Part shown: piece by piece, positions 63,629 to 64,000 of the stretch
Position numbering within the stretch: position 1 is the first letter of the stretch
Layout of the letters: every line of letters starts with the position of its first letter
NCBI GenBank assembly: GCA_035361425.1
Contig: DAOSCP010000016.1
Location: 4,439-68,438 of the forward strand
DNA: 64,000 nucleotides
Source: Ignavibacteriales bacterium
GTDB lineage: Bacteria; Bacteroidota; Ignavibacteria; Ignavibacteriales; DAOSCP01
Direction: 5' to 3'
Position numbers and translations under genes: made by a program
The notes under the pieces: model-generated
Seen by the model: only the letters and a program-made list of their open reading frames with translations
Told to the model about the DNA's origin: nothing
Databases searched by the model: none

Positions 63629-64000
63629 TTAAATATTTCTTAAATTGAATAATTTTCTTACATCAGCAGGTTTAGCTATTTCCAGTCCTGCATCTCTTGA
63701 TATTTTTACAGCTCTTTCAACAAGTTCAGCATTAGATTTAGCAAGAACACCTTTTGACATAAAAATGTTATCTTCAAAACCAACTCTAATAAAACAATTG
63801 TTTGCAATTGCACCATAATGCATTGGTAGGCAAGATCTTCCAATTCCCATAAGAGTGCAATAACTTTCTTTTGGCAATTTACTGAGAAAGAAAGTAACTA
63901 CATCAGGTTCATATTTTACACCACCAGGAACATTTAATACGAATCCATAATGATATGGTGGTTTAATAAGCCCTTCTTTGATTAAAATGTGTGATGCATA
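63629..64000 (-). CDS. kce: 3-keto-5-aminohexanoate cleavage enzyme (BKACE/DUF849), 5' end outside the window
   Basis: The reading frame is open to the window edge. The C-terminal part, ..GIGRSCLPMHYGAIANNCFIRVGFEDNIFMSKGVLAKSNAELVERAV.., is typical of BKACE enzymes. It sits upstream of kdd. Confidence 0.8.
   Translation of the reverse strand, partial: YASHILIKEGLIKPPYHYGFVLNVPGGVKYEPDVVTFFLSKLPKESYCTLMGIGRSCLPMHYGAIANNCFIRVGFEDNIFMSKGVLAKSNAELVERAVKISRDAGLEIAKPADVRKLFNLRNI

Overview
AT-rich bacterial chromosomal window using the standard genetic code; both prfA and prfB are present, and TAA, TAG and TGA all terminate genes. An SprA type IX secretion translocon and two cargo proteins with C-terminal sorting domains of the 'NYPNPFNP' type suggest an Ignavibacteria-like member of the FCB group. 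About 55 genes look intact and are mostly housekeeping: nonulosonic-acid-type sugar genes, prfA, kdsC, sprA, potABC, a CoA-transferase, a TonB-dependent receptor, tgt-yajC-ribBA, yhhQ, dcp, ispG, purD, prfB, an ECF sigma module, groESL with a perfect CIRCE operator, and an S8 peptidase. On the minus strand at 55.1-64.0 kb there is a tightly coupled lysine-fermentation operon (kce-kdd-kamA-ATPase-ATPase-kamD-kamE-thiolase). Two regions stand out. (1) 1-4034, minus strand: a type III-D-like CRISPR-Cas interference operon in advanced decay. It comprises a Card1/Can2-like CARF effector, a cas10 Palm1 stub, cas7, csx10 and a cas11-like gene, and carries six in-frame stops and at least seven 1-nt frameshifts. 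No CRISPR array is visible in the window. (2) 42.2-44.5 kb: a heavily pseudogenised Fic gene lies between two arrays of a palindromic repeat with half-sites TGTTCT/AGAACA spaced by 6 or 16 bp, including four copies of a 61-bp composite module. Three further accessory genes (an adenylation-enzyme remnant, a methyltransferase and a GHL10 hydrolase) are also broken. I found no rRNA, tRNA, transposase or CRISPR array. All calls come from reading the sequence and the ORF track by eye; no database search was run.
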